NCBI RefSeq assembly: GCF_009914755.1
Contig: NC_060927.1
Strand: one strand, 5' to 3'
Source of the DNA: the human T2T-CHM13v2.0 reference genome, Homo sapiens
DNA length: 64,000 nucleotides
A program made the translations under genes and the position numbers. Positions 10,671 through 23,597 of this stretch are shown in pieces. The number at the start of each line of letters is the position of its first letter. The first letter of the stretch is position 1. The notes beneath the pieces were generated by a model. That model worked only from the letters and a program-made list of their open reading frames with translations, had not been told where the DNA came from and searched no databases.

Positions 10671-10942
10671 GAAACTGTGTACTGTTTCAGGGAGTTTACA
10701 GTGTATAAGCTTAGCAAGTGTGAGGCTTAATCTTTTATAAATATTTGCTATTAAAAGCCTGGTGGAGTTAGAAAAGTACTGATAAAGAACTAAACAGACT
10801 TAGTTTGTCTTGGCTTCCTCACAAACTAGCTGTTTGAAACTCTTAGCTGTTTATCATCTCTGGGCCTCAATTTCCTCATCAGAATGAAGGGTTTTATTAG
10901 GTGATATGTGAAGCCCTTTCTAACTCTAAACGTTTACTCATA

Positions 10943-11239
10943 GGCCAGGCTTGGTGGCTCACGCCTGTAATCCAAGCACTTGAGGAGGCTGAGGCGGGTG
11001 GATCACCTGAGGTCAGGAGTTCGAGACCAGACTGGCCAACATGGTGAAACCCTGTCTCTACTAAAAATACAAAAATTAGCCAGGCGTGGTGGGGCACGCA
11101 TGTAATCCTAGCTACTCGAGAGGCAGGAGAATCGCTTGAACCCGAGAGGCAGAGGTTGCAGTGAGCCGAGATCATACACTGCACTCCATCCTGGGGGATG
11201 GAGCGAGACTCTGTCTCAAAAGAAAAAAGGAAAAAAAAA
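10943..11239 (+). mobile_element. Alu (S-like)
   Basis: GGCCAGGC..GGTGGCTCACGCCTGTAATCC through A-rich tail. Confidence 0.96.
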
Positions 11240-12017
11240 TACGAAATAAATATGTACTTATAAACAAAGGGAGACCTGTGTAATGTTTTTGATTGAACCT
11301 TGAAAAGTGAAAGTCAAAACTTTCTGTTATGTAACAAGTATGGCAAAAAGACATTCACATAACATGTTTGGAAGTATTTTATATTTAGCAAGCATTTATT
11401 GAACACCTACTATAAGATGTATGTGGCATAGTGCTAAGTCCTGGGTAGGCAGGACTAAAAACCTTAAAGCACATATGTAAGAGATTTAAGTTTTGTTTTA
11501 GTCTGGTTTTACCCAAGATTTTAAATGTTGTTTTACAATTTACAATTTGAAAAGGACTTGAAATGTAGATGAATAGACTGAACTATTGCTGATTTATAGT
11601 GTTGTGAGGTACTAATGTACCTTTTTTTTGTGAAAAATAAGCAGTTCTCAGGCATTTTAGAAGTACATAATAAACCATTTTAATGCCATTTTGAGATGAT
11701 TCTCACCTGTTTTTCAGAGCATAGCTTTAAGAGACTCTTGGACATTTTAGTGGTGATTTGGTGATTAAAGTAATAAGATCACTTTAGTAGGTTATTTCAG
11801 ATTGACTTTCTCAGTCAGAATTTTACCTTTTTAATTAAAGCTGCTAGTCTAGTTGAAAGTTTTGGAACCATTAAAATATGTTTGAGTTAAGTGCTTCATA
11901 TCATCCTTGGGTTTTATTATGCCTGGTTAATAATTTGGGTTATATCTGTGTATTCAGATGGAAATTTCTGTGTTTCCTGACAGATGTTGGATTTCAGTAT
12001 GTTATCTTCTCTTTTAG

Positions 12018-12114
12018 GTATTTTCAACCACCAGGAACTTGGATACAGTGTGCTTTAGAATCCAGGGAACTTCTTGCTTTGTGCTTGAAAAAAATCAAAG
12101 CCCCTCTGAGTAAG
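12018..12114 (+). CDS. NMD3: NMD3 exon 4: (R)YFQPPGTWIQCALESRELLALCLKKIKAPLSK
   Basis: TTTTAG| acceptor, AAG|GTAAGT donor, 97 nt; peptide visible inside ORF 11878..12123. Confidence 0.97.
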
Positions 12115-12208
12115 GTAAGTTAAACAGCTAAAATCAGTATTCATAGGTATGTTTTCATTAAAGGTCTCATTTTCAGAAAATTCTTGTGAGTAGGTTTTTC
12201 AAAAGGAA

Positions 12209-12516
<308 letters not shown>

Positions 12517-13432
12517 TCGAAAGTAACTATTAAATGTTACTATTGTTGCCAGTAGCACCCCACTACAAACACTTTTTAAAGTTATATATATTCTTTTTAT
12601 GAAAAGTAAAAATATCTTTTTGCTTTAAAAAGACAGAATTTAATTTTTTTCCTTTGTTATTTATCGAGAATCTCATGTATAATTTTTTAACGGAAATTTT
12701 TATGTAAAACCATCACTAAACATAATTGGGATTATAATATTAGGGCTATGTTATTTGGTTTCTTTTTATTGTCATTATTGATCTGGAAATAAAATATTTG
12801 TGCCTGTCACTGAAAGTCAGTGCATAAATGTATTAAAAAAAATAGTTTGTTTAAAGTACAGTTTATTTCCTGATATAAAATTGAAAGTGATTGACACTAT
12901 GAGTTTTCTTTATTTTAAGCTTTATGACTCACTTCTACCATGTTTTTAATTGAAATTGACTCTTTCAGATTGAAGACTTTTCTGATTCTCCTTTAAGCTC
13001 TAATAAAATTTCATGTAATAGTTCTTTGAAATTTCTGCCTTTATTTTCCTACTAGGTCCCAGCCAACCCCACAAATTTCTGATGGTCACTTTTTGGCGCT
13101 TCTGGCATAAAACTTTGTCTTTTTCCCTTCATATTTTAAAAAACCTTTTTGGTTTTTTTCGCTCCCCTCTGTTCTTGGTGATTTTTACTTTATCTTCTAA
13201 TCTTTCTAATGAATTGTTTTTTTCCAGTAGTAATGTTTTTAAGTTCCAGAGTCTTTCATGTTCTTGATGCATTTTTTTTAAGTTTTTCTGAAGATTTTGA
13301 TAATAGGACTTTTTTTGTTTCTTTCTGTTCCCTCATTTGTCTCTGTTTTTTTATGAAGTCAGTTTTTTGTGTGTCTTGGTTTTTTGCTTTTATACTTGGG
13401 GTTTTTGTCAAATGTCTAGTGAGTCTTAACAG

Positions 13433-16400
13433 TTCATTAATTAATTCATCAGATGTTTATTAAGTACCAACTCTGTGCCAAACTGCTTTTGGTGTTGGGG
13501 ATATGGCAGTGAATAAGGCAATCCCTGTCTTAGAAAGCGTGTATTCTAATTGCACACTAACATGCCAGTGTGGAGCAGCATGTTAGTATGCAGCGATCAA
13601 AATAGGTGGATATATTACATGGTATATTAAAAGGTATATTCTGTGGAGAAAGGAGCTAGGAAGAGGATAAGAACTGTGCATGGAAGAGTTGAAATTTAAA
13701 GTAAGGGTGTTTAGGGGAGGGCTCACTGATAGGGTGACATTTGAGTAAACACTAAAGATTACAGTAAGGGAGGAAGCTGTGCAGAAATGTGGAGGAAGAG
13801 CATTAGGGGTAAAGAAAACAAATGTAGAGACCAAAAGCAAGAGCATACTTGTGTGAATAGAACGGAGTGGTGAGGGGAAAAGTAGTTGGGGATAGAGTCC
13901 AGAAAAGTCATGGAAGGCCACAGTGTGTCTGGCCTTGTAGGCCCTTATAGGGGCTGTTTCTTACTCTGAGTGTAAGGAGTATAGAGGGTGAAGGGCAGAG
14001 TAGTGAGATGACATGACTTATTAGTATTCCTCTGGCTGCTGTTTTTAGAATGGTTGTAAGGGAGGTAAAGGTGTTTAAGTTTTTGTAATAATCATGAGAA
14101 ATGGTTTTGGATCAGCAATGGAGGTGGTAAGAAGTGGACAGATTTTGGATCTATTTTTAAGGTAGTAACATTTACTGATGTAGCTGGATGTGTTTTTGTA
14201 AGAGACAGAAGAGTTAAGGATGCCTTCCACTGTTCGTGACCTGAGCAGCCAAGTCACTGGGTAGGGGGCATGAGAGTTCATCTGTAACTGGTATTTAGAT
14301 GTCTACTAGACACTTAAGTAGAAATACTGAGTAGGCAGGTTGATAAATAAGCCAATGAGTGGTCCAGTCTAGAGATAATGAATTTAGGATATAGATAGTA
14401 TTTAAGGTCATGAATTGGATTAGATTATTTCAGGAGTTTACATAGAGAAGGAAAGAAACTGGAGGACTGAATCCTGGAATCATTCCTTTAATGGGTAATG
14501 ATGAAGAAATAATTGGGTAATGAGGAGGAATCAGCAAAGGAGACTGAAAGGAGCTGCTAGGAGGTAGGAGGAAAACAGGGTGAGTGTGATGTCCTGGGAG
14601 GAAAGGGAAGTGTTTTAAGAAGAAAGGAGTGAGTAGCTATGTGATTTGCAGCTGATGAGTCAAGTAATGAGTTCTGTAGATTTAGTAATGTGGACGACCT
14701 TAATAACATGGGCAATTTCTGTTTAGTGGTGGTGGTAAAGATGTCATTTAAATAGAAATTAAAATGGGAGAAGGAAGATAGACAGTTCTTTTGAGATTTG
14801 CTGTAAACGAAAACAAAGAAATGGGGCAGTGGTTGAAGGGGAAGTTGGGGAAGGGACACTTGTCTTTTTATGTTATTTTATTTTTTGGAGATAAGGTCTT
14901 GCTTTATTGCTCAGGCTAGAGTGCAGTGGCGCTGTCATGTCTCACTGCAGCCTCAAACTCCTGGGCTCAGGTGATCCTTCTGCCTCAGCCTCCTAAGTAG
15001 TTGGTACTACAAACATGCACCACCACACCTGGCTGATTTTTATTTTTACTAGAGGTGAGATCTCTCTCTTTCTCTCTCTTTTTGGCCCTGTAGAGCAGAG
15101 ATCTCACAATATACCCAGACTGGTGTTGAACTCCTGAGCTCAAGCGATCCTCCTGCCTCAGCTTCCCAAAGTGTTGGGATTACAAGCATGAGCCACTGTG
15201 CTTGGCCAGGATACATTTCTTAAGATGGTATATATAACTGTATTTGTAAGCTCTCTGGGAGTGTTAGAGTACGGAGGGAAATTTTTGTGAAATTGCAGGG
15301 AGAAGAATAATTGGCTGGGGGGTGGCCTCAATAAGTGGAAAAGAGATATAGTACATAGTGAAAGAATACATTTATTTGTTAATTCACTCCTTCATTCAAC
15401 AAGTATTCAGCACTTACTCTTCACCAAGCACCATTTTGGGAGGCTGTAATATTTCATGGAACAAAGTAAAGATCTCTGCTCTCTAGAGGGGCATTCTGGA
15501 GGTTGATCTTGATGGGAGTATGGATAATTCATCTGTGGTAACAGCAGGGAAGGTGTTGAGTGGGAGCTTCTGGGAATTCTCCTCTGGTTCCTTCTTTTGT
15601 ACTGGAGAAAACAGAAGCGTGGGCAGTAGCTATGTGGGAAGAGCTGTTAGATAGATGTTTGAGGAGAGAGCGGAAGATATGAAATAGTCCTCTAGAACTA
15701 GAGGAAATGCACCAGGACAGTGTTGGATGGGTGCTGGGCAGTGCTGAGGGTTACTGTTACAAGTTTAGACTAGTCACTGTGGTGTGCATCTATTTCTGTA
15801 GTTCTGTCAGCCACATAGTCAAGGCATAGAGCAGGCAGAGCACTGGATTTAACCAAATTTATAATTTAGCCTAGTGGCTAAGGTGAAATAAGAGAGGGAA
15901 CAAGGAAATTGAGTGTGTACATGAGAATAATTTTGATTATTGATTTTGAAGCTAGTGAGGAGGAATGAGGAATAAAGTTGGTAGGATGAATGGATTGTCC
16001 ATTATATTAGCTTGAAAGATATTTGGTGCCCAGGAACTAGAGGAAATAAGCTGGAAAGATGGGAGGTGGTAGTCAGGGAGTAGGATGTTTGGAATTGATA
16101 GTTTGGAGGGTTTGCAGTTACTGGTAATAGAGGCATATGAGTGACTGAGATAGGAAGGTGGATAATATTTTGGGAGAAGAAGAACTCAAAGAATGGAGTG
16201 AGAGGTCAGGGTATTGTGGGGATCACCTGTGTGGATATTGAAATCGCTAGGTATTAATATTGTTGGAAAGTGTGATGGTGAGCCAGAAGCTAAAATCTTT
16301 TGAGAAATGAAAACAAGTGATACAAAGATGAATAGATTACTATAAAAAAGAGAGTTGCGGGTGGTAGAGTCTAATGACTTTAGACTTAGAGCTGGGTATA

Positions 16401-16750
16401 TTTGAGGAGGAGACAAGGAGAATGGTCTGTAATTAGCAATGAAGAGCAAGGACGATAGCTGTCTGGTGCCTGGTCCAGTGATAGGAAGAATCAGTTATCA
16501 CTTTATATAGCTGCAGGGGAGAGAGAAATCAGGAGATCTAGAAGGTGAAGGGAATGTTCAGCAAAGTTGAGGATTTAGGAGATTTCATTGTTAATGAATG
16601 TTGAGCTCCGGAGGGCACAGTAGAAGGGTTTTAGGATTCGGGGAGGAGTGTTAGATGGGGACAGAATAGGGAATATGCATAACCATATGGAAATTGGAGT
16701 ATGGGAAATAGGGGTGACTGAGGTGTCTGGGACTATGGTAAAGAAAGAAA
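13433..16750 (-). mobile_element. Degenerate L2 LINE segments, interrupted by an Alu
   Basis: TTCATT..TTTATTAAGTACC..TGTGCCA (reverse L2 3' end) followed by long purine-rich sequence typical of antisense L2; second L2 3' end near 15385. Confidence 0.75.
14866..15207 (-). mobile_element. Alu (J-like) with internal CT-rich insertion
   Basis: Antisense Alu; extra TC-rich segment ~15060-15100. Confidence 0.92.
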
Positions 16751-18169
16751 GGGACTAATAAAGTTGATTAGTCATGGTTGTCTGAGGACACATAGTGCAG
16801 TGGTTGTGTTGGGGAATGCCGAGCAGGATGTCAAGGAGACTCTCCATTCCTGCAGGTGGAGGTTGGAGCTTGAGGGGAAGATCAGTCTTATTCAGTGCCT
16901 TTGGGGCTTTTTTTTTTTTTTTTTTTTTAACCACTGCTGATGGAGATTGAAGGAATAGGAATCTGCCTATCACCCTGTGTACCTGGCATCACTTGTTAAC
17001 TACTAGGCTTTGTTTTAGGGAGGCCAGCTATATGAGGAGGGTTTTACTCTGGTGTGTTGAATCTTTGCATCTACACTAAAAGTGGCCAGTCTACTTTTTA
17101 CCAGACAGTGCTTGATAAAAGTATAATCTGCTGCTGATACCTCTCAAATCTGTTAACTGCAGCCCAAATTTTTTTATAGATCTCCAGACCAATTGTATCT
17201 TACTGTTCACTGAAAAGTCCTCTTGGGTATCTCACAGATACTGTCTTAAACTGAAATGTCTGAAATCAAATGTAACATCTTTTTCTCATTATATCCATTG
17301 TTTATTTCGGTATAGGTAGTCACAAAAAGTGTACTGCCTAGTTGTCTAAGCAAATACTTGAGCATCATTCTGGAGTCTGTTCTCTTCCTCTTTTCCATAT
17401 CCAGTTACCATTAAATCTTACAGATTTTTTTTCTGCATCACTTGGACTGTGCAGATAAATCTTACAGATTTTTATCTCCTAACTAGCCCTTGCATCTGCT
17501 TTTGTTATTTCCAGTGCCTCTCAGTTCAGATCATCTACAATCTGGCCCAGGTTATTACAGCAGCCTCCATTCTTGTTCTCCCACCCACCCCTTCTCCCCA
17601 AACACCCATTCTGGCCATTCTTGAGTTATATTCAGATCTTCACATATAGCAAACTGTTTTGGCCTATGCAGATGCTGCAGATTTAGTAGTGAGTTATAGT
17701 TGTGGATTTAGTATTCAGTGCATGCAACTTCTCTAATCAATGTCACTTCTTAAAAAAAGTCACAGAATATAGAGAGAATAATCCAAGTGGAAACTTTTGT
17801 TCATGAGGTTACTAATAAATAATGAGGTCACAAGGTCTTTGCTTTCCTCCAAAAAATATAATTTCCTTTTAAAGGACAATGTACTTTTTTTTTTTTTTTA
17901 AGGGAAAAGAATTTTTTTCCTATGCAAATACTTTAATTTTTGCTTAAATTATATCAGTTGCATTAATATAGTCATTGGGTTGTCCTTTGATTTGCTGCTG
18001 TTGTTACGTAACCAATGATTAATCTTTTTTTGTGATGATGGTGTGTAGTATGCTGATCACAGATTCCTTAAGCATCTTATGAAATCTGCTTATTGATGAT
18101 TTGTTCTTTCGTGTTTTTTTTCCTCCTAGGTGAGAACTTACGTTTCTTTTTGTTTGTGTTTTATTGAAG

Positions 18170-18250
18170 GTACGGCTTGTAGATGCAGGCTTTGTTTGGA
18201 CTGAGCCTCATTCTAAGAGACTTAAAGTTAAACTGACTATTCAGAAAGAG
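18170..18250 (+). CDS. NMD3: NMD3 exon 5: VRLVDAGFVWTEPHSKRLKVKLTIQKE
   Basis: GAAG| acceptor, GAG|GTAAGC donor, 81 nt; conserved family motif WTEPHS. Confidence 0.97.
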
Positions 18251-18593
18251 GTAAGCAGTACATAATTTTCTCAGCATGGTTAAAGTGCAGGTAGTGAAAA
18301 TGAAGACCCAGTGATAAGTTATTTTATGGCTTGAACAGCTTAAAAGAAAAAGAGTACACTCAATTTTAGCTGTTTGTTTTCTTTTGAGCATCTGTACAAA
18401 TAATTAGATCACTAGTAAGAGTAGTCATTGCTTCTGATTAGCAGACTTACTTTTCCAGAGTTATTTTTATTAGGAAAGGATTGAAGTAAAAACATGGTCT
18501 AAGGTACTGATCCTCAAACTTGGCTGATCATTGTAATGACTCATCATAACTGAAGCAAAAATTCTCTGTATGTGAGGCCGGGAATCTATAAGT

Positions 18594-18823
18594 AGGTTGA
18601 GTATCCCTTATCTGAAATGCTTGGGACAAGAAGTGTTTCAGATTTTGGATTTTTTGGATTTTGGAATTTTGCATTATACTTAACTGGTTGAACATCCCTA
18701 ATTCAAATACAAAATGTTCCAGTGAACATTTTCTTTGAGTGTCATTTAGAAACTCAAGAAGTTTCAGATTTTGAAGCTGAAATTTCAGATTCTGGGTTTT
18801 TGGATTTGGAATGTTCAATCTGT
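18594..18823. mobile_element. Tigger4a/MER46-like MITE, near full length
   Basis: TIRs AGGTTGAGTATCCC ... GGAATGTTCAATCTG followed by TA. Confidence 0.85.
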
Positions 18824-18952
18824 ATTTAAAAAGCTTCCCATGTGATTTCTGATCAGTTATGTTTGGGAATCATTAAATTAAGGAATTTTTTTTTTGAGAA
18901 GTTTTCCTTATTTTTTTCTTCTAAGGATGATTTTTCTATGTAAACATGTATA

Positions 18953-19209
18953 GGCTGGGCATGGTGGCTCACACCTGTGATCCCAGCACTTTGGGAGGCC
19001 AAGGTAGGCAGATCACTTGAGCCCTGGAGTTCGAGACCCCATCTCTACTAAAAATACAAAAGTTAGCTGGACGTGGTGGTGTGTGCTACTTGGGAGGCTG
19101 AGGTGGAGAATCACTTGAGCCCAGGAGGCAGAAGTTGCAGTGAACCAAGATCGTGCCACTGTACTCCAGGCTGGGCAACAGGCAGAGTGAGACCCTGTCT
19201 CAAAAAAAA
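18953..19209 (+). mobile_element. Alu with two short internal deletions and (TA)n after the tail
   Basis: Sense Alu; GAGACC|CCATCTC and GTGTG|CTACT junctions lack consensus segments. Confidence 0.93.
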
Positions 19210-19497
19210 TTATATATATATATATATATGTAAAATATACACAGAATATTCTCACAACCACTTCAGCTAAAGGAAAATTTGAAATGCTAATCTAATAAAT
19301 CTTAGGAATTAAATCTGTATACCGTTCTTGAAATAGTATAACTTGTTTTTATGACTTTAAATTTGAGGACATTTGATTGATGTCCTCAAAGCATTAATGG
19401 AAAAAGTTTTAAATTAAATATTAAAGGTTCTTCTTTAAAGAAAATATTTGTTATTAAACAAAACCAAAAGAATGAAGGAGTGTAATTGTTTTATCAG

Positions 19498-19626
19498 GTG
19501 ATGAATGGTGCTATCCTTCAACAAGTGTTTGTGGTGGATTATGTTGTTCAGTCCCAAATGTGTGGAGATTGCCATAGAGTAGAAGCTAAGGATTTCTGGA
19601 AGGCTGTGATTCAAGTGAGGCAAAAG
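19498..19626 (+). CDS. NMD3: NMD3 exon 6: VMNGAILQQVFVVDYVVQSQMCGDCHRVEAKDFWKAVIQVRQK
   Basis: CAG| acceptor, AAG|GTAATG donor, 129 nt; fourth CxxC and WxAxxQxRQK motif. Confidence 0.97.
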
Positions 19627-19892
19627 GTAATGAGAGAAGATGATGAGTGAGTCCTACATCTTATATTTCGTCTTTGTTAATTATAACTTTTCCTTCTTTC
19701 TAAATCCAGGGATAGTCTGGGTCCCTGAAGCATTCACCTTTGGAAATAGATCATTATTACATTTTAGATAATCTTTAAAGATTGTTATTGTTTGAAAAAT
19801 CAGTATGCTCTATCTGTAGATAGTATGTGTGTCCTATACCTATAAATGGCTTTTTTGTGGGGCATTTATTGATCAAATAATTTATATTTTAG

Positions 19893-19983
19893 ACTTTGCA
19901 TAAAAAAACTTTCTACTATCTGGAACAGTTAATTCTGAAATATGGAATGCATCAGAATACACTTCGTATCAAAGAGATTCATG
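19893..19983 (+). CDS. NMD3: NMD3 exon 7: TLHKKTFYYLEQLILKYGMHQNTLRIKEIH(D)
   Basis: TAG| acceptor, G|GTGAGT donor, 91 nt; HKKTFxYLEQLILK family motif. Confidence 0.97.
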
Positions 19984-20074
19984 GTGAGTTAAAACTCAAA
20001 AGCATTTGAAATTATGTCAGATTTTTATTTCAACATACCTAAGTAATCTTATATTTACTGATAATATCTGGATT

Positions 20075-20230
20075 AGTACTGTCCAAAAGAACTTTCTGTT
20101 AGGAAAAAAAAAAAAAACAACTTAATTCTTTATCTGCACTGTCCAGTATGGTATAGTCACTAGCCACATTTGGCTGTTGAGTACTTGAAATGTGGCTAGA
20201 GCAACTGAGAAACTGAATTTTTAATTTTCT
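20075..20230. mobile_element. MER3-like MITE fragment
   Basis: TACTGTCCAA..AGAACTTTCTG..CACTGTCCAGTATGG..CTAGCCACAT..GGCTAG. Confidence 0.75.
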
Positions 20231-20379
20231 GCTAATGTCAAACATAATTATCTTTTTATGTTTCATACCTAAGTATGATATTTCTTGAGGTTTCTGTTTG
20301 ATACATATGCATACATACTTCTGTCCAATCTTGCTCTCAGTTAAGTGAGTGACATTGAAAAGAGTTAGAAAGAAAGCTT

Positions 20380-22300
20380 GCCTTCTTTCTACCTAGCATT
20401 TAATTAACCTCTAGAAGTTTTTTAAGAACTTGCCCATTAAGCCATCCAATTTGATATCTCCTAAGGGACGTCTTTTCAGTTTCTTTTATGATATTCACCT
20501 CTCAGGTATTCTACCCCTTGAGTCAATTTTAATACCATTTTCCAAGAAAAACCATTTCATCTAGCTTTTTAGATTCTTGGTATAAAATTGAACAAATAAA
20601 ATAAATCTCATCCGTAACTGTAGTTATGTCCTCTCTATTGTTCCTAATGTTTATCTTTTCTCTTTCTACTCACCTCACCTTAGACTAGCTACTTTTATCT
20701 ATTATGTTAGTTTTTTCAAAAAACTATTTTTAGTTTTAAACAATCTTTTTATTAATTTTGTTTTTAACACTAATTCCCTCAACTCTATTTAGTTCTGTTT
20801 TGTTTTAATTAATTGAAAGCTTAGTTTATTTTTAATTTCTAATACATATATTTAAGATCATAAATTTTCTTCTGAGTACTATAATGGGTCTGTAGCTGGT
20901 ACTTATAGCTACCTTTTTCCACTGCCCATTGCATATTTTATTTGCCCTCAGCAAGCACCTCAGCTGTTTCATTCTTTTGGGTACATACTTAGGTGTGGAA
21001 TTACCAAGTCATATGGTAAATTTATGTTTATATATAAAAAACTACCAAACTGCTTCAAAGTGGCTGTACCATTTTACATTCCTGCCGCCAATATTTCTCT
21101 GTATCCTCCTCAACACTTGTTCTTATATTTTTGTTTATAGCCATTCTAGAGGGTGGTATGAAGTGGTATCTCATTGTGGTTTTAATTTCCATTTTGCTAA
21201 TGACTAACGATGTTGAGCATATTCTGGATACAAGTCTCTTACTGCATATATGGTTTGCACATATTTTCTCCTAGTGTGTAGGAGAAAATTCACACTCTAT
21301 ATTCTTAATGGTGTCCTTTGAATTGCAAAAGTTTTAAATTTTGTTGAAGTCCAGTTTATCAAGTTTTTTCTTTTAATTGTGGTTTTGGGGTTATGCTTAA
21401 AAACTGTTTGTCTAATCAAGGTCACAAAGATTTTCTCCTATAGTTTCTTTCAAGTGTTTTATAGTTTTAGGTCTTATATATTTAGGTCTAACTCTTGAGT
21501 TAATTTTTGTGCAGAGTGTGAGATAAGTGTCTAAATTCATATTTTTCTATGTGGATATTCTTCATCCCAGTGAAAACTCTGTCCTTTCCTCAGTGAATGC
21601 CTTGGGTCTTCTGTCAAAGATCTATTGACTGTAAATGTAATGGTTTATTTCTAGAATCTGAAGTCTGCTCCCATTGATCTATATATCTATCCTTATATTA
21701 GTACCATGCTATCTTGCATACTTACTAAAGTTAGTGAGTTTTGACATTAAATGTGTAATGTTCATTTTCTTCAAAATTGTTTTGGCTATTCTGGGTAATT
21801 TTAGTATTGGCTGTTTTGGTAATTATATTTAGTTATTTGCAAGAATATCTTTAATATTTCTCAGCTAGGTAGGTTTGCTTTTGGCTATTCCTTTCTTGAT
21901 TTCTAGTGCTACTGTTTTATGATGAGATAATGTTGTCTTTAGTAATTTCTACTGTTTAGGATTTATTGAAATTCTTTTTCTTTTTAAAATCTTAATACAT
22001 GATTTTTAAATGAATGTTTTATGAATGTTTGATAAAATATGTATTCTTTCTTAGAACTGTGTTCTATAATCTCAGTTAACTCGACCTTGATAGTTGGTTA
22101 TTCAAGTTCTGTGAATTGTTACTATTTTTTGTCAATATGATTATTTTGGTTTTGAGAGAGTCCTATTCTAGTCCTTCACAATGATTGTATGTGTTAATAT
22201 TTGTTAATTTTTTCTTTTCTTTTTCTAGTACTTTTTGTTTTCTATCTCTCAGATAGTTTCCTGTTATCTTCTTGGTAGATTATTCCATTTATTACATAAA
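20380..22300 (-). mobile_element. Old L1M fragments
   Basis: T-rich; GTATGAAGTGGTATCTCATTGTGGTTTTAATTT, GATGTTGAGCAT and TTTTGGCTATTCTGGG are antisense L1 ORF2/3' hallmarks. Confidence 0.8.
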
Positions 22301-22309
22301 ATAACTTTC

Positions 22310-22597
22310 TTTTTTTTTTTTTTTTTTTGACATGAAGTCTTGCTCTGTCACCCAGGCTGGAGTGCAGTGTTGCGATCTGGGCTCACTGCAACCTCCGCCA
22401 ACTGGATTCAAGCGATTCTCCTGCCTCAGCCTCCCAAGTAGCTGAGATTTGGCACATGCCACCACGTCCGGCTAATTTTTTGTATTTCTAGTAGAGACGG
22501 GGTTTCACCAGAATGGTCTTGATCTCCTGACCTCATGATCCACCCAGCTCAGCCTCCCAAAGTGCTGGGATTACAGGCATGAGCCACCGCACCCGGC
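22310..22597 (-). mobile_element. Alu (S-like)
   Basis: Poly-T plus antisense Alu. Confidence 0.96.
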
Positions 22598-22883
22598 TGT
22601 TCATAAACTTTCTTTGTTCTTTGTTTTTCTGTCCCCCTTGGCCTTGAGTTTTATTTTTTCTAGAATTAGAATTACGAGTTTTATTTTCATTTGCTGATTT
22701 ATTTTGTCTGTCTTTTTGCCAAAGAAGTCTTAAGTGATATCTCTAATCTGTTGTGACTACAATAGAGTTTTCTAATAATTTGATTTTGTTTAAAACAGAT
22801 GTAATTTATAATATAGTCATGTTAGTAGAGGAGAATCCTATTTTGCATAATTATTTTCATAGGGCTTTTTTTTTTTTTTTAAG

Positions 22884-22962
22884 ATGGTCTGGATTTTTAT
22901 TATTCCTCAAAACAACATGCTCAGAAGATGGTCGAATTTCTTCAGTGTACAGTTCCCTGTAG
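22884..22962 (+). CDS. NMD3: NMD3 exon 8: (D)GLDFYYSSKQHAQKMVEFLQCTVPC(R)
   Basis: T15-AAG| acceptor, AG|GTATGT donor, 79 nt. Confidence 0.97.
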
Positions 22963-23500
22963 GTATGTTCTGAACCTTGAATGTGACTAAATCTAAGGAC
23001 TTGGGAATGGATGCGGATCACATATATTCTTCAGGCTCAGACAACTTCTCTTTATTTAAAATCGTAGTAGAAATACTTACACAATCAGGAAGCATATATT
23101 GGGTTAACCACCCACTCACAGAGGTGGTAGGACTTGTGCTCCAAAGATCGGGAAATTTTCATAGCTGGAGTTTATATTGAAAGGTACTATTAGTGTGAAC
23201 AAAGATTTGCAGTGGGCGTTAGTATGGCTTTTAATAATGCTATATAGAAAGTAGATTGGTCTGAGCCAACAGCATGTTCTAGAGGTTTGGTGGAAAAGGT
23301 TCAAAATAGGTAGGGCTTAGTTAGAATGGTGAAGGTTTTGACATGCAAGTGCAGGACAGTAGGTTTTACCAGAGGAGGCATCATGAAGCCATTTTAGACC
23401 TTGGACAATGATGGTTTGATTTAATGAAAATTGATATTCCTGAGTCCATACAGGTTAATGATCTTTGTCTTTATATTACTACTAACTTTTTTCTTAATAG

Positions 23501-23597
23501 ATACAAAGCATCACAAAGACTGATCTCTCAAGATATCCATAGTAACACATACAATTACAAAAGCACTTTTTCTGTGGAAATTGTTCCAATATGCAAG
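23501..23597 (+). CDS. NMD3: NMD3 exon 9: (R)YKASQRLISQDIHSNTYNYKSTFSVEIVPICK
   Basis: TACTAAC branch point, TAG| acceptor, AAG|GTACTT donor, 97 nt; peptide inside ORF 23424..23618. Confidence 0.97.

Noticed and set aside
16907-17120. T22 run that might be the tail of a second retrocopy
   Set aside because: No polyadenylation signal, TSD or recognisable coding sequence next to it on the minus strand.
18031-18061. GTGATGA (box C) and CTGA (box D) in an intron of a ribosome-biogenesis gene, suggesting a C/D snoRNA
   Set aside because: Boxes are only ~14 nt apart, far too short, with no external terminal stem or guide region; no H box found for an H/ACA reading either.
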